Position numbers and translations under genes: made by a program. From the NCBI RefSeq assembly GCF_009914755.1, contig NC_060948.1: a stretch of 64,000 bases of DNA. One strand, written 5' to 3'. The DNA is from the human T2T-CHM13v2.0 reference genome, Homo sapiens. Below are positions 18,321 through 35,940 of the stretch, one piece after another. The notes below the pieces were generated by a model, which was not told where the DNA came from, did no database searches, and saw only the letters and a list, made by a program, of their open reading frames with translations. Every line of letters starts with the position of its first letter. Position 1 is the first letter of the stretch.

Positions 18321-19527
18321 GTAGGCAAGTGTTGAATTTTAAACTCAGAGAAAAATACTAGTGTTTTTATAGGATTCTTACTAAAGAAAAACGAGAAAGT
18401 AATAAACCATCTATGCTAAGACATAAAATTCAGTTGTTTAGTTACAAGATAGAATGTGGCCTTGTAAGAAAGCAAATTAACTTCTAACATACAAAGCCTT
18501 AGAGAAGATTCAAGTGACTGACGGATCTTAAACAGAGCTATTATTACAACTCAAACTGCAGTAAAATATCCTAAGCAACATAGATGTGTGTGTTTCCCTA
18601 GTCAGAGCAATACAAATTTAATGAAACTCCATTGGTGGTGTTTTTAATCAGACAATTTCTGAAGATGTCCTGGCTTATTCATAGACGCAAGCCAAATCTC
18701 TAGAAGAGTACCATAATAAGAAAAAAAAAAGAATACAGGCAATTGAGAGCTGTTCCAAAGTTTAGGGAGTATTTGTAAGGAATTAATAAATAAAAATGTT
18801 CTTGAAAGAGAGAAATTAATATGCAGTTCATACTGCCAGAATTGCAGGCAATTTATCAAAGTCCCCTAATCCTCCAAAATCGCTAATTTTTTCTGACACA
18901 CACTTTACAGTACAGAAGAAAATGTCTCCGGCAATAAATCACAAAGTTAAAATTACCTAGTCTACAATTAACTAGACAGTGATGGTAAATCATTTTCTAC
19001 CAAAAGAAAGAAATGTCTTGTCTATTCAGGTTCTGCTCTACTTAAAAGTTTTCCTTGTTGGCGAGCAAGTGGTTAGAAAATCATATTTTATACTTACATT
19101 CAGCTTAACTATCATTCAGTTCAAGATGATGACTCAGGGCCTTATCCATACCTTCAAGTTTGCTCTTAGCAAGTAATTGTTTCAGTATCTATATCAAAAA
19201 TGGCTTAAGCCTGCAACATGTTTCTGAATGATTAACAAGGTGATAGTCAGTTCTTCATTGAATCCTGGATGCTTTATTTTTCTTAATAAGAGGAATTCAT
19301 ATGGATCAGCTAGAAAAAAAATTAAGAGGAAAATCACATGGAAAGTTATTAAATATTATATATATATTATATATAATATTATATATTATATATCATTTCC
19401 AAATTCCCCAGCGTTCATGTTTGTCAGTGCAAGTAAAGAGCCTTAGTGCTGATTAGGTTTGAGGTATGACCATTTGGCCAGAATTTATGAACTCTACATG
19501 TCGCTTGATATGTGCTTCAGGGTACAC

Positions 19528-19835
19528 TTTTTTTTTTTTTTTTTTTTTTTTTTTGAGACGGAGTCTTGTTCTGTCACCCAGGCTGGAGTGCAGCAGTGCG
19601 ATCTCAGCTCACCGCAAGCTCCGTCTCCCGGGTTCATGCCATTCTCCTGCCTCAGCCTCCTGAGTAGCTGGGACTACAGGTGCCCACCACTATGCCCTGC
19701 TAATTTTTTGTATTTTTAGTACAGACGGGGTTTCACCCTGTTAGCCAGGATGGTCTCTATCTCCTGATCTCGTGATCCACCCACCTCAGCCTCCCAAAGT
19801 GCTGGAATTACGGGCGTGAGCGACCACGCCCCGCC
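19528..19835 (-). mobile_element. AluY-like
   Basis: Full antisense Alu; TSD AGGGTACACTTTT at 19519-19531 and 19836-19848. Confidence 0.92.
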
Positions 19836-21644
19836 AGGGTACACTTTTAAGCAGAGACACTATTTTGAAGGTCATAAAAAATATAATAAGATATAAGGCT
19901 AATTTCCTTTAATAATAATAATAATAAATTCCTTTAATAAAAATACAAAGGAATAATATAATAATTTTCTTTAATAAAATATAATAAGAGATAAGGCTAA
20001 TTTCCTTTAATAAAATATAGTAACTACATACCAACACAGAATTCCAAAAAAACGAAATGGAGAGGAAGACAGCATGGGTCATTAATCTTGTCAAAAATAT
20101 AAAATTATATACGAGGAATTCCTAGAAACTGTTTTCCTTGTCTGCGGCCATTGTGCTGCTGCTAGACAACTACCGCAAGCAGCCCTTCATGCCCTCCTCC
20201 CAGTACAAAGCTAATTGATTTGTGAGAAATGTTAAGCTTGGAAGAGTCAGCAACGCTGCACTTATTTTTTATTCTACTCTGACATTAGAATAATTCTTGA
20301 GTGGGGGAAGGGTTAAAACCCCCCCTGGATAAGTGTTACTAATTAATGATGATTGTTTTAAACAATGTTTGGATAATTTTTCCTTTTCCCTTGACATAAA
20401 CTTGATAAATAACTGAGAAGTGAGAAGGAGATTAGTGGGTTGATTAAATTCCATCAGGTACTTAAAGTTAGCTCCAAAAATTTAGCTATTTATAAATTGT
20501 CATACATTGTTAATGTATAAGAGATGTAGATTTCATTTATCTTTGGTGGAGCGAGATGAAGCAGTGAATCATTGAAGACTGAAAGAAAGAAAAAGGTCTT
20601 TTCCCTTTTCTTTAAGAAGCATCGTTAGTTAAAAATATGTTAGTTGATACCAGAGAACTATATTTAAAGGGTCAGCAATAAGCAAATTGATTACTCTGGT
20701 GATTATTGGAGTGACATTGCCTTTTAGTTGTACTTTCACAAAAATTCACAATATTTGCCAAAGTCAAGTTATCCATTACACTATTAATTTGTCATTCTTT
20801 TGTTTATATAGTCAATATCTCTATCTCAATTGGATCTATCTCAACTGCTTCTAAACAAGCCACCATAGTCTCTCCCATTTCAACAATCTCTTCCAAGTAC
20901 CATTTCATTTCTTCTTTTCATATTTTTGAAAACTTTTGTAAAACTACCTATTTTCCTCCTCCATTTCTTGTTCATTCCATTCTAGTGGACATGGAATCTG
21001 TTCCTCCTCCAAAACGGAATTTGGTAACCTTTAAATTACTAAACCCAAAACAATATGTTGTTTTTATCTTTACCTCTCTGTGGCATTTAATGATAAGACC
21101 ACTACTTTCTTCTCTTTTACCCTTCTTTCTTGAATTCAGTCAAACAATGTACTTACATTTTTCATCTTATTCTCCATCTTAGAAACCACCTCAGCTTTCT
21201 CCATTCAGCCATAAAATTGTGCTTTTCCTCAAAGATTAATCTGCCTCTCCTTTCACTCTATACTATCTCTGTTAGCTAATTTTATTTGTGCACATTGCTT
21301 ATACTGGGCATTATATACACATATGCATGTGTGTACATGTGCACACACACACTGTATGTGGACATGTATATATATGTGTGTGTGTGTATATATATTATAT
21401 ATATAAATTACAATAACATAAAGGTGGCATTTTAAATTAGTGGAAATTACCCTGATTTGATCACTACACATTCTATACATGTAAAGAAATATCACTCTGT
21501 ATCCCAAGAATATGTACAATTATGGTTTGTCAAGTGAAAAAGTTCATACCTTGAAAAATTTTAGATAAATATCAAACTTTCTCTGAAACCATAACTGTAA
21601 AATGTAAAAAACAGTAATTGCTATATTGCTTATTTCTGAGTAGA

Positions 21645-21781
21645 AGAATATGAGCATTTCCCTAATCATTAGGTGTAATTACAATTACATATATATGTAT
21701 GTTATTTATATATTTATGACATACATACATATATATGTAATTGTAATTACACCTAATGATTAGGGAAATGTCTCATATTCT
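21645..21781. repeat. AT-rich near-perfect inverted repeat
   Basis: 21655-21702 is the exact reverse complement of 21723-21770 (48 bp); extends ~10 bp further with one indel; 20-bp spacer. Confidence 0.92.
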
Positions 21782-22855
21782 ATATATATAGACAGAAAGA
21801 GAGAAAATACATGAGGTAGAGAAAGAATATTTCCATCTCCTTTGAGTTCCACGGTGTTGAGAGTCAGGACAACTACAATTGCTTCATCATGCCTGCTCGC
21901 AATTATAGGGCTTTTGAACCATTTGTTCCCTCCTTAGATATCCTCATTTTTTTCAGATTCTTGCTTAGAAGTCACTCCTCCGTGGACCTCCTCTGACATA
22001 TTAAACATTGCAGTCCATTATAAGCTGCAAGAGGACAGGGATTTTTGCCTGTTTTATTCCCTACTGTATCACCAGGGGCTACAGCAATATCTGACAAACA
22101 GTGGGCATGTAATGAATATTTGTTAAGTGAAGTAATAAATTCAATCAAATCACATCACCTGTTTAAAGCACTTCATTGGCTTCACATTGCACTTAGAATA
22201 AAGAGAAATTCTTTTTATACAATATAAGTTCCTGCAGAATGGAGACACTTTCTACTTCTCCAGCCTCTTTTCAACTCCTCTCCTACTAGCTTCTGTATTT
22301 AAGCCACATTAGACCTTTCTTCAGTTTTTTATATAGACTTTGTTGCATCACACCTCAGAGATTCTGTACATGTTCTTCCTCCTGCCTAGAAAGGATCGTC
22401 CCTCCACTTTCGCCAACTAATCCCTGCTCAACTTTTCATCTCAGCAGGAGGCCCATTCTCTTTGGCAATACTCTGGCCTCCAGCCCATTTATTACATGCT
22501 CACATGTCATCATGTACTTCGTACAGCATGTAACACAATTGCACTTTTATATTTTAACAAATTATTTTCCCATATTGAACTGTAAGTCTCCTGAAAGGAG
22601 GAATTTTGTTCTTGCTCATCATCAACTTTTTCAACATCCAGTGCACCATTTAGAACTTAGATGTAGTCAATACAGGTTTGTGGAATGAAAGAGGAAAAGA
22701 AAGAATTAATATTCCTTTAAATTAGGATTGCAAAGATCGTATATAGAAAATTGGCTAAGTTGTGGTCCATTCATGTTTGCTCCCAATTAAGGAGCACAGC
22801 TATGAAAAGGAAGGCTTCAAATTAATAACCAATAGATTTTTTAAAAAAGAAAACT

Positions 22856-23151
22856 GGCCAGGTACTGTGGCTTATGTCTGTAATATCAGCATGTTGGGAG
22901 GCCAAGGCAGGATTACTTGAGCCCAGAAATTCCAGACCAGCCTGAGAATTTGGCAAAACTCTGTCTCTACAAAAAATACAAAAATTAGCCAAATTTGGTG
23001 GCATGTGCCTGTAGTACCAGCTACTTGGGAGGCTAGGTTGAAGAATAGCTTGAGTCTGGGAGGTCAAGGCTGCAATGAGCTGTGATCGCACCACTGCACT
23101 CAAGCCTGGGTGGTAGAGTAAGACCCTGTCTCAAAAAAAAAAAAAAAAAAA
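22856..23151 (+). mobile_element. AluJ
   Basis: Diverged dimeric Alu with GAGGTCAAGGCTGCAATGAGC and poly-A. Confidence 0.88.
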
Positions 23152-24339
23152 GAAAAATTACTAAGCAAAATAAGACATGTGAAGGATCATGTCAAAGGTA
23201 AGAAAAATTAGGGGAACATTAAAAGCTTTCTTCCCAAGCCACTAAATCAACTTGACTAACAAAATTACCACTTGATTTAGCATTAGAAAATTACATTACA
23301 TATCAAACATAAACCCATTAATCAAATACTAAAGAAATTTCTGAGTTAAATGGTATAATGTTAGCTTATGCCGGAGCTGACCTTGAAAGATTGTTCAAAT
23401 ATGGCTCAGTGTGATTGAAAGTTCTGTGTGAATATGTTTTTGGAAAGATCCAATAGCAACATCTTAGTGTATGTTTTTGAAATAAAATGTATCTGAGTAG
23501 CAGCAAAGTTATTCTTAAATTTCCATTTTATAGCTGGAGATGTTATACCGTGACATATATGATAGGACCCAATATGGATTAATCCCTTTTAGAAGTCAAT
23601 CAGGAAGAGAGGAGCAGTTAAAACAGTTGCTTCATTTACAAACATTAGAACAATTTTCTTATTCACACCATCTGATTATTGTATTTTATTTTTTCCCCAA
23701 TGTTTATACTACACAATGAGTTAAGAATGATAAAAATAAGCTCACCAATATACTAGGTACATATTTACCAAAATCTGTGCATGCCTATACATATAAACAC
23801 AGCTGATAATTTATTAGTTAGGCTCATTTGTAATTTTTGTCACTATAGACCAGTTTTTTATTTAAATTGAAGATTAGTATACATTTTAAATGATTAGTCA
23901 AAATAAAAAATCTAAAATGTGCTCTAAATACTTCTTAGGTCAGAAAAAAAAAAGTCAAAAGCTAGAATATAGAGAAATTAAGAAATGCCCTAAATTTCTA
24001 ACCTGACAAAAATTCATACAAGAGTTAAATATTTTAATGGAAAATAGAACAGAACTAATCATGGAAGAAATTATAGAAAGGAAACAAAATAAACAGATTA
24101 TATGGAGGATTTTTAGAAGATAAGTAAATAAATTAATATACTAGGAAAAAACAAGGGAAATATAATTGATAAATACAGGTAAGAGTTCTTTTGAAATAAT
24201 GATAAAATAGAAAATCTCTGTCAAAACTAAAAGGAAAGATGCATAAATATATAAATAAATGATAAAAAGATGTTGCATACATATATGACTTTTTCAGAAT
24301 CAAAAAAATTAAATTTCTGTAATAAAATTTAAATGTTTA

Positions 24340-25270
24340 TAAATTTAAAAAACTAGAAGAAAGAATGTTGACTGTTCACAATACAAATAAATGACAAATA
24401 TTTGAGGTGATGGATATGCTAATTATCCTTATTTGATCATTGGACATTGTATACATGTATCAAAATATCACTCTGTATCCCATGAATATGTACAATTATT
24501 TGTCTCAAAAACAAACAAAAAAAAAGATAATGGGAGAATGTTGAAAACTCAGAGAGAAGAGCAACTGTCACAGATAGGGATCCAGATAACATTAGCAGCT
24601 GATTTCTCAGCAGAAACCTTGAAGGCCAGTAGGCAGTGGATTATATATTTAAAATAATGAAGAAACCTGTCAATTGAGAAATCTATAGCTGGAAAACTTA
24701 TCCTTCAAAAATGAAGGAGAAATTAAGACATTTCCGGATTTTTTTTTTAAACTGAAAAAAATCCATTTATCCCTGAATTTGCCATTCAAGAAGTGTTAAG
24801 TCCTTCAGGTTGAAATAAATGAACTCTAGGCAATAACTATATAAGTAAATAAGCAAGCTGTGTGAATATACAAAGCTCTCTGGTAAAGGTAAATACATAA
24901 ACAAACATAAAAACAGTCCTATTGTTATTTTGGTTTGCAACTCTGCTTTTTATTTTCTACATAATTTAAAAGGCAAATGCATAAAATGTAATTGTAAATC
25001 TGTTAGCTGGTATACAATGAATAAAGATATAATTTGTTACATCAATAACATAAAAAGAGTAGAGCTATATATATAGCAGTCGAATTTTGGAATGCGATTG
25101 AACTTAAGTTGAAATAAATTCAAATTAAAATGTTATAACTCTAGGATGTAATTCTCATAGTAACCAAAAATGAAATATACATAGAATATAAACAAAAGGA
25201 AATGAGACTAGAAACAAAATGTGTCACTACAAAAAAATCAACTAAAGATAAAAAAGAAATAATTGAGAAA
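24340..25270 (+). mobile_element. Ancient L1M fragments
   Basis: L1MA-type 3' end (GGTGATGGATATGCTAATTATCC) followed by ORF1-like CAGCTGATTTCTCAGCAGAAACC. Confidence 0.55.
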
Positions 25271-26018
25271 ATGATTGGCAAAAATCAGTAACTCTGATGT
25301 ATTAAAACTTTCCATGCTACATAAAACTGAAAACTCTATTTCACATAAAACTGGAGCTGAAAGAGACAAATATTTACCTATAAAGTTAAAAGTTATATAG
25401 GGAACAAACACTAATTTTTTTTAGAAAAAATTATAAAAAGAGTAAAAATATGCCTTATACTACCATAATTTCATGTTTTACAGCTCTGGGAAAATAGAAA
25501 ATAAAATGTTCTGTTAGCATGAATCCCTCTGTGACCCCAAAAAACCCTATGGATTGCATCATTATTACCTAAAAAGTCTATTCTCAAATGCAGCAGAGTG
25601 ATTTTTTTACAAGGTAGATATTAATTTTAGATATGGAATAATATTGGTGATTTCAATTTTATAACACTGGGTTAAGATGAAAGAATGAGAAGTTAAAGGT
25701 CCCTCAGCAATATAACCCACAAACATGTTCAGAAGCAGTAAGAAGTTACATTAATTATCTTTTGAAAGTCGATAATCTACATCTTTAATGTATGCATATA
25801 GCATAGCTAATGTACTATCACTGGGTCCATTTATTCAATGAATAATTGCTGCTATGTGTCAGACATTTTTCTAGGCCTAGGAATGGATACATAAGTGAAC
25901 AAAGCAAAGATTCTGGTTCTTGTAGAGTTTCCATTAAAAGACCATTTAGTAAAACTTTTCTTCCCCCAAATTATAAAATCTGTAAGATGATTTAACAACA
26001 TGTGTAAAAGTCATTGTG

Positions 26019-26329
26019 GGCCAGGCACGGTGGCTCATACCAGATGTGGTGACTCATAGCAGTCTGTCACCCAGGCTGGAGTGCAGTGGCACAATCTCTG
26101 CTCACTGCAACTTCTGCCTCCTGGGTACAAGCGATTCTCCTGCCTCAGCTTTCTGAGTAGCAAGGACTACAGGTGCACACCATCACGCCTGGCTAATTTT
26201 TGTACTATTAGTACAGACGGAGTTTCACCATGTTGGCCAGGCTGGTCTCGAACTCCTGACCTCAAATGATCCGCCCACCTCGACCTCCTAAAGTGCTGGA
26301 ATTACAGATGTGAGCCACAATGCCTGGCC
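26019..26329. mobile_element. Composite Alu: two short sense 5' heads fused to a tail-less antisense AluS
   Basis: GGCCAGGCACGGTGGCTCATA, CCAGATGTGGTGACTCATA, then TCTGTCACCCAGGCTGGAG.. to ..TGCCTGGCC. Confidence 0.8.
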
Positions 26330-26872
26330 TTATTTTCTACAACTTTGGTAACTTTAGCATATACCCCAAATCTGTAAGACATAATATTATAATTCAAATG
26401 CAACTCATGGCTTCTCATTGTACTCTTTCTCTAGCTTTTGAATTATTTATTCTAATATCAGTTTTAATTCTGACACAATAGCATGGGAGTTCTAATCAAA
26501 ATCCAACCTTTTATCATAAAAACTATGAAGAAATTATGAGTAGAATTTAAAAAGGAAAATAGGCCTATTAATTAGATTTGTCTTTGTAGCATTTAACTCT
26601 ATAATAAATAATATTTTATGCCTATGAGTCCCCAACAAAGCCTCCAGCTTCTATTTAGATATAAAACGTAAAAGTCACTACTGGATCCACAAGCAAGACT
26701 ATGGTAAAGAAATTTCTCCACCTAACCAGCTTCTTTTACATGATGTTACATGTTTCTTTTGTTTTTTTCATTTTGGCAAATATTGATTGTCATCTTCGTG
26801 TTTGTCTATGTCCTAAGTGCTGGGATACAGAATCTGAAAACATGGACACAGGACCTGCCTTCAAGTTCACCC

Positions 26873-27220
<348 letters not shown>

Positions 27221-27332
27221 TAAGCAAGCCAATTTTTAAAATGAGAACTGCAATTAGAGTTAAATGCTACAAAGACAATCTCACAGGAAGATGGGATGCA
27301 GAATGATAAGGCTTTCAGAATAGTAAGAGAAA

Positions 27333-27515
27333 TTATTGTTTCTTACGATGTTTGTCTTTCTTTGTATCAGTGCTCAGCTGAGTCTGCAGTGCTTCAGAGG
27401 CAGCTTTCATTTTATAAAAATCTATGATTTCTCCTTCCAGTTGTTTTTTCTCTTCCTCGAGCTTCCTTATCTCCTCCTGCTGAATCATTTTAAGATGCTC
27501 GAACTTGTCCTGCAG
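27333..27515 (-). pseudogene. SEPTIN14P: Septin 14 pseudogene: unprocessed terminal coding exon (coiled-coil tail); 3'UTR runs leftward
   Basis: [60 protein letters not shown] preceded by a TTTCACAG acceptor (AG at 27517-27516); no upstream exons recognised in the window. Confidence 0.85.
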
Positions 27516-27673
27516 CTGTGAAACCAATGTGCAGTTGTGACACCAAAGCAGTGTGGCTGAACACCCAAAAGAATATGCTTTTTTCTGATTATCAAACAAA
27601 CCCAAATCATCACAGTAGAGCATGATCTTACTAATAATCTCAAAAACTCAGGAGTAAACACTCAGATATGGAA

Positions 27674-28645
<972 letters not shown>

Positions 28646-29065
28646 TTAGGCAAACCATTGTCAGGTTATGGGAGTTTGAGAAGGAAAGTAGAGAAAGGAC
28701 AAGAAAGCTTATTTAAAGAATGGCTGAAAACTGCCTAAATCATAGGAAAGATTTAGACATCTAAACCCATGAAGCTTAAAGATTCCTAAAGAGGTTCAAA
28801 CCAAATAGATACTCACCAAGTCACAATATAATCAAATAGTCAAAAGTTAAAGAAACTTTGCAGGTCAGGACAGAATCGAATAATACATTCAAAGTGCTGA
28901 AAGAAAAAAACTGCCAGCAACTAATACTATGTCTGACAAAGCTGTCCTTCAGATAGAAAGAAGAAATAACATGTTTCCTCGACAAACAAAGCTGAGGGCA
29001 TTCAGGACCACTAGGTCTACCTTAAAAAAAATGCTTAACGGAGTTTTTCAAGTAAAAATGAATGA

Positions 29066-29303
29066 AGTTAGGAGCGGTGGCTCATGCCTGTAATCCCATT
29101 TTGGGAGGCCGAGGTGGGTGGATCACCCGAGGTCAGGAGGTCAAGACCAGCCTGGCCAACATGGCAAAACCCCACCTCCAGTAAAAATACAACAAATCGC
29201 CAGGTATGAAGGCCACTGAGATCGTGCCACTGCACTCCAGCCTGGGTGACAAGAGTCAAACTACATTTCAAAAACAAAAAACAAAACAAACAAAAAAACA
29301 AAA
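29066..29303 (+). mobile_element. Alu with most of the right arm deleted
   Basis: Left arm intact, then a jump to GAGATCGTGCCACTGCACTCC and a (CAAAA)n tail. Confidence 0.85.
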
Positions 29304-33180
<3,877 letters not shown>

Positions 33181-33295
33181 TTCAGGCTTGGTGCAGAAAC
33201 TCACTCCAAATAAATTACCTACCAAAATATTTATATAATGGTGGAAATATTCCAAAATTCCATATTTTGGGATTTATACACAAAAGATAAACAAA

Positions 33296-34520
33296 TTAGA
33301 GGCCAAGAGGCTGCCGGAAGGGAAAAACGGGGCCTGGAAAGGCCGCTGTGAGGAATGAGCTGGGCCTAAAGAGGCCACTGGCAGGCAGGAGCTGGACCTG
33401 CTGAAGTGGCCGAAAGGCAGGAGCTTTGGACCGGGGAGGCCGCAGTGAGGCGAGAGCTAGCTGGGCTTGGAGAGTCCGCTGTGAGGCCAAGGCCGGGCCC
33501 GTGCAGGCCTTCAAGAGGCAGGAGGCCAGGCCTGCAAAGGCTGACTGGAGGTCAAGTTCGGGGCCTGAAGAGGCCGCCAAAAGTCAAAAGCAAGGCCTGG
33601 GAAGGCCGCCGAGAGCCATGAGCTGGGCTGGGCCAAAAGAGGCCACTGGGAGGCAGGAGGAGCTGGGCCTGGAGAGGCTGACTCGAGGAAGTTTTGCACC
33701 TGGAGAGGCCACCGAGAGGACGGAGCTGGGCCCAGGGAGGCTGACTTGCAGCTCTTCCAGGCCCACTTCCAGGCCGACTTGAGGAAGACTTGGGCCTGCA
33801 GAGGCAGCCAGGAGGCTGGAGCTGGTCCTGGAGAGGCCAACTTCGGGACGATTTGGGCCTTCAGAGGCTACCAGGAGGCCCAAGCTGGGCCTAGAGGAGC
33901 CCACCAACCGGAGGCTGTTTGGGGCCTGCAGATGCCATTGGAGGGTAGGAGCTGAGCCTGAAGAGGCCACCGTGAGGCCTGAGCTGGGCCTGGGGAGCTT
34001 GGCTTCGGAAAGTTGTGGGCCTACCAGGGCCCCTGGGAGCTGGGCAGGAGCTGAGTCCAAAGACGTTGTTGGGAGGCCGGAGTCGGGCCTGGAGACACAG
34101 CCGGGAGGAAGAGCTGGGCCCGGAGAGGATGCCAGGAGGCTGCAAGTGGGTCTGGAGAGGCTGACTTGAGGAGGCCCGTCCTCTGCCTCCCGCATGGCGG
34201 CCTCTGTAGGCCCAGCTGTTCCTCCTGGCTGCATCTCCCAGCCCAGCTCCTGCCTCCCAGCAAACAAGCTCTTTTGGCTCAGCTCCTGCCGGCCTTTGTA
34301 GACCCCGAAGTTTCTGCAACCAAGCTCTTCAGGCCCACATCCCACCTCCCAGAGGCTTGAACAGTCCCAGCTCCGGCTGGAGAAGAGCGTCTGCAGGCCC
34401 CACTGTTGCCTCCCAGGGGCGTCTCCAGGCCCAGCTCTCACCCCACTGTGGCCTCCCAGGCCCAAGTCCCTGCCTGCCTCCCAGCAGCCCGCATGTGACC
34501 CTGCTCCTCCCTCACGGTGG
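33296..34520. repeat. Degenerate GC-rich ~30-bp repeat array of the subtelomeric duplicon (FAM157/LINC00265-type region)
   Basis: Recurring GAGGCC..GGAGGCAGGAGCTGGGCCTGGA motif; orientation flips near 34175. Confidence 0.75.
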
Positions 34521-34526
34521 CCTGTT

Positions 34527-34750
34527 GAGGAAGGGGCTCACACTGACCTCTCTCAGTGTGGGAGGGGCCGGTGTGAGGCAAGGGCTCACGCTGACCTCTC
34601 TCAGTGTGGGAGGGGCCGGTGTGAGGCAAGGGGCTCCCGCTGACCTCTGTCAGCGTGGGAGGGGCCGGTGTGAGGCAAGGGGCTCCCGCTGACCTCTGTC
34701 AGTGTGGGAGGGGCCGATGTGAGGCAAGGGGCTCCCACTGACCTCTGTCA
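34527..34750. repeat. 48-49 bp VNTR, ~4.6 copies
   Basis: Units start at 34527, 34575, 34623, 34672 and 34721 (GAGGCAAGGGGCTCCCGCTGACCTCTGTCAGTGTGGGAGGGGCCGGTGT). Confidence 0.95.
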
Positions 34751-34810
34751 TGCCACTGCACTCCAGCCTGGGTGACACAATGAGTCTCTGCATAAAAAAA
34801 AAAAAAAAAA
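34751..34810 (+). mobile_element. Alu 3' remnant at the duplicon junction
   Basis: TGCCACTGCACTCCAGCCTGGGTGACA..poly-A with no upstream Alu body. Confidence 0.85.
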
Positions 34811-34917
34811 TTCCTGCCCTTATGACTTACTTACAGGAGACAGATAATAAACAAAACAAGTAAGTAAAATAAGTAGCATATCATATAGTGATAAGTAAAA
34901 GAAAAAGCAGGGCAGTG

Positions 34918-35200
34918 GGGTGGGGTGCAATGGTTTGTGCCTGTAATCCCAGCAATTTGGGAAGCTGAGGCAAGAGAATTGTTCCAACCCAGGAGTTTGA
35001 AACAAGCCAGGGCAACATAGTGAGTCGCCACCTCTACAAAAACATTTAAAAATTACCTGTGCATGGTGGTGCATGCCTGTAGTCCCAGCTACTCAGAAAG
35101 TTGAAGCAGGAAGATCACTTGAGCCCAGGAGTTCAAGGTTACAGTGAGCTATAATTGCACCACTGCATGCCAGCTTGGTGACAGAGTGAGACCCAGGATC

Positions 35201-35250
<50 letters not shown>
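34918..35250 (+). mobile_element. AluJ with (CA)n tail (35202-35250), inside an L2 fragment
   Basis: Diverged dimeric Alu followed by a CA microsatellite. Confidence 0.85.
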
Positions 35251-35251
<1 letters not shown>

Positions 35252-35454
35252 CCAACAACCAAAAAAAAAAAAGGGATGGGGACTAGGCTGACTGGGCTGG
35301 AAGGAATCACAATTTAAAATACAGTCGTCAGGAAAGACCTTACTGAGAAAGAGATAGTTAAGCAAAGACATGGAAACAGTAAGTTGTATCAGAATGTCAT
35401 TAACCCTGACGCTCCAAGGGTTCGTGGGAGAGTGACGATTTTTGAAAAGTCATT

Positions 35455-35940
35455 GTGTCAGGACTCTTTTTGTTGTAAATGACAGGAAAATAGGCTCACC
35501 ATGACTTCAGCAAGAAGGGGGAATGTATTAGTTCAAGGAATTGAAAAGTCCAGGTCAGGCTGGAGTCAGGGGTCAAACGACGTCATTGGGACACGACCTA
35601 GTTCATTGTGCATTTCTGCTTTTTCTGTGGTGGTTTATTTTCTAGTTCCATATGGAGGTAGAATGGCTATCAGCAACCCCAGGCCAACATCCTGCAGAGT
35701 TCAAACCTAGAATGGAAGAGAGAGTGCCTCTTTACCATCAGGCCAAGCAAAAGACTCAGTGCACCTTATTGGGTCACAGGCTCATCTGGGCTCATCTGAA
35801 CACTTGACTATGATCGGGAACATATGGTTCTGAACGGCTGGGCTCAGTCACCTGCCTAACCCTGGAGTCACAGGGAGAGTTAACATACTGACAGTAGTGG
35901 AAGGTGGGGCCCCAAGGAAATATGGGGTGTTGACTGCAGA
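35455..35940. mobile_element. Old MaLR LTR (MLT1-like)
   Basis: TGTGTCAGGACTCTTTT..GTAAATGACAG start and MLT1-like internal motifs. Confidence 0.45.

Noticed and set aside
33584-34465. 293-aa Ser/Pro-rich minus-strand ORF as a novel protein
   Set aside because: It lies in a GC-rich repeat array where stops are scarce in several frames; no recognisable domain
34527-34750. CRISPR-like array
   Set aside because: Head-to-tail units without unique spacers in eukaryotic DNA; an ordinary VNTR
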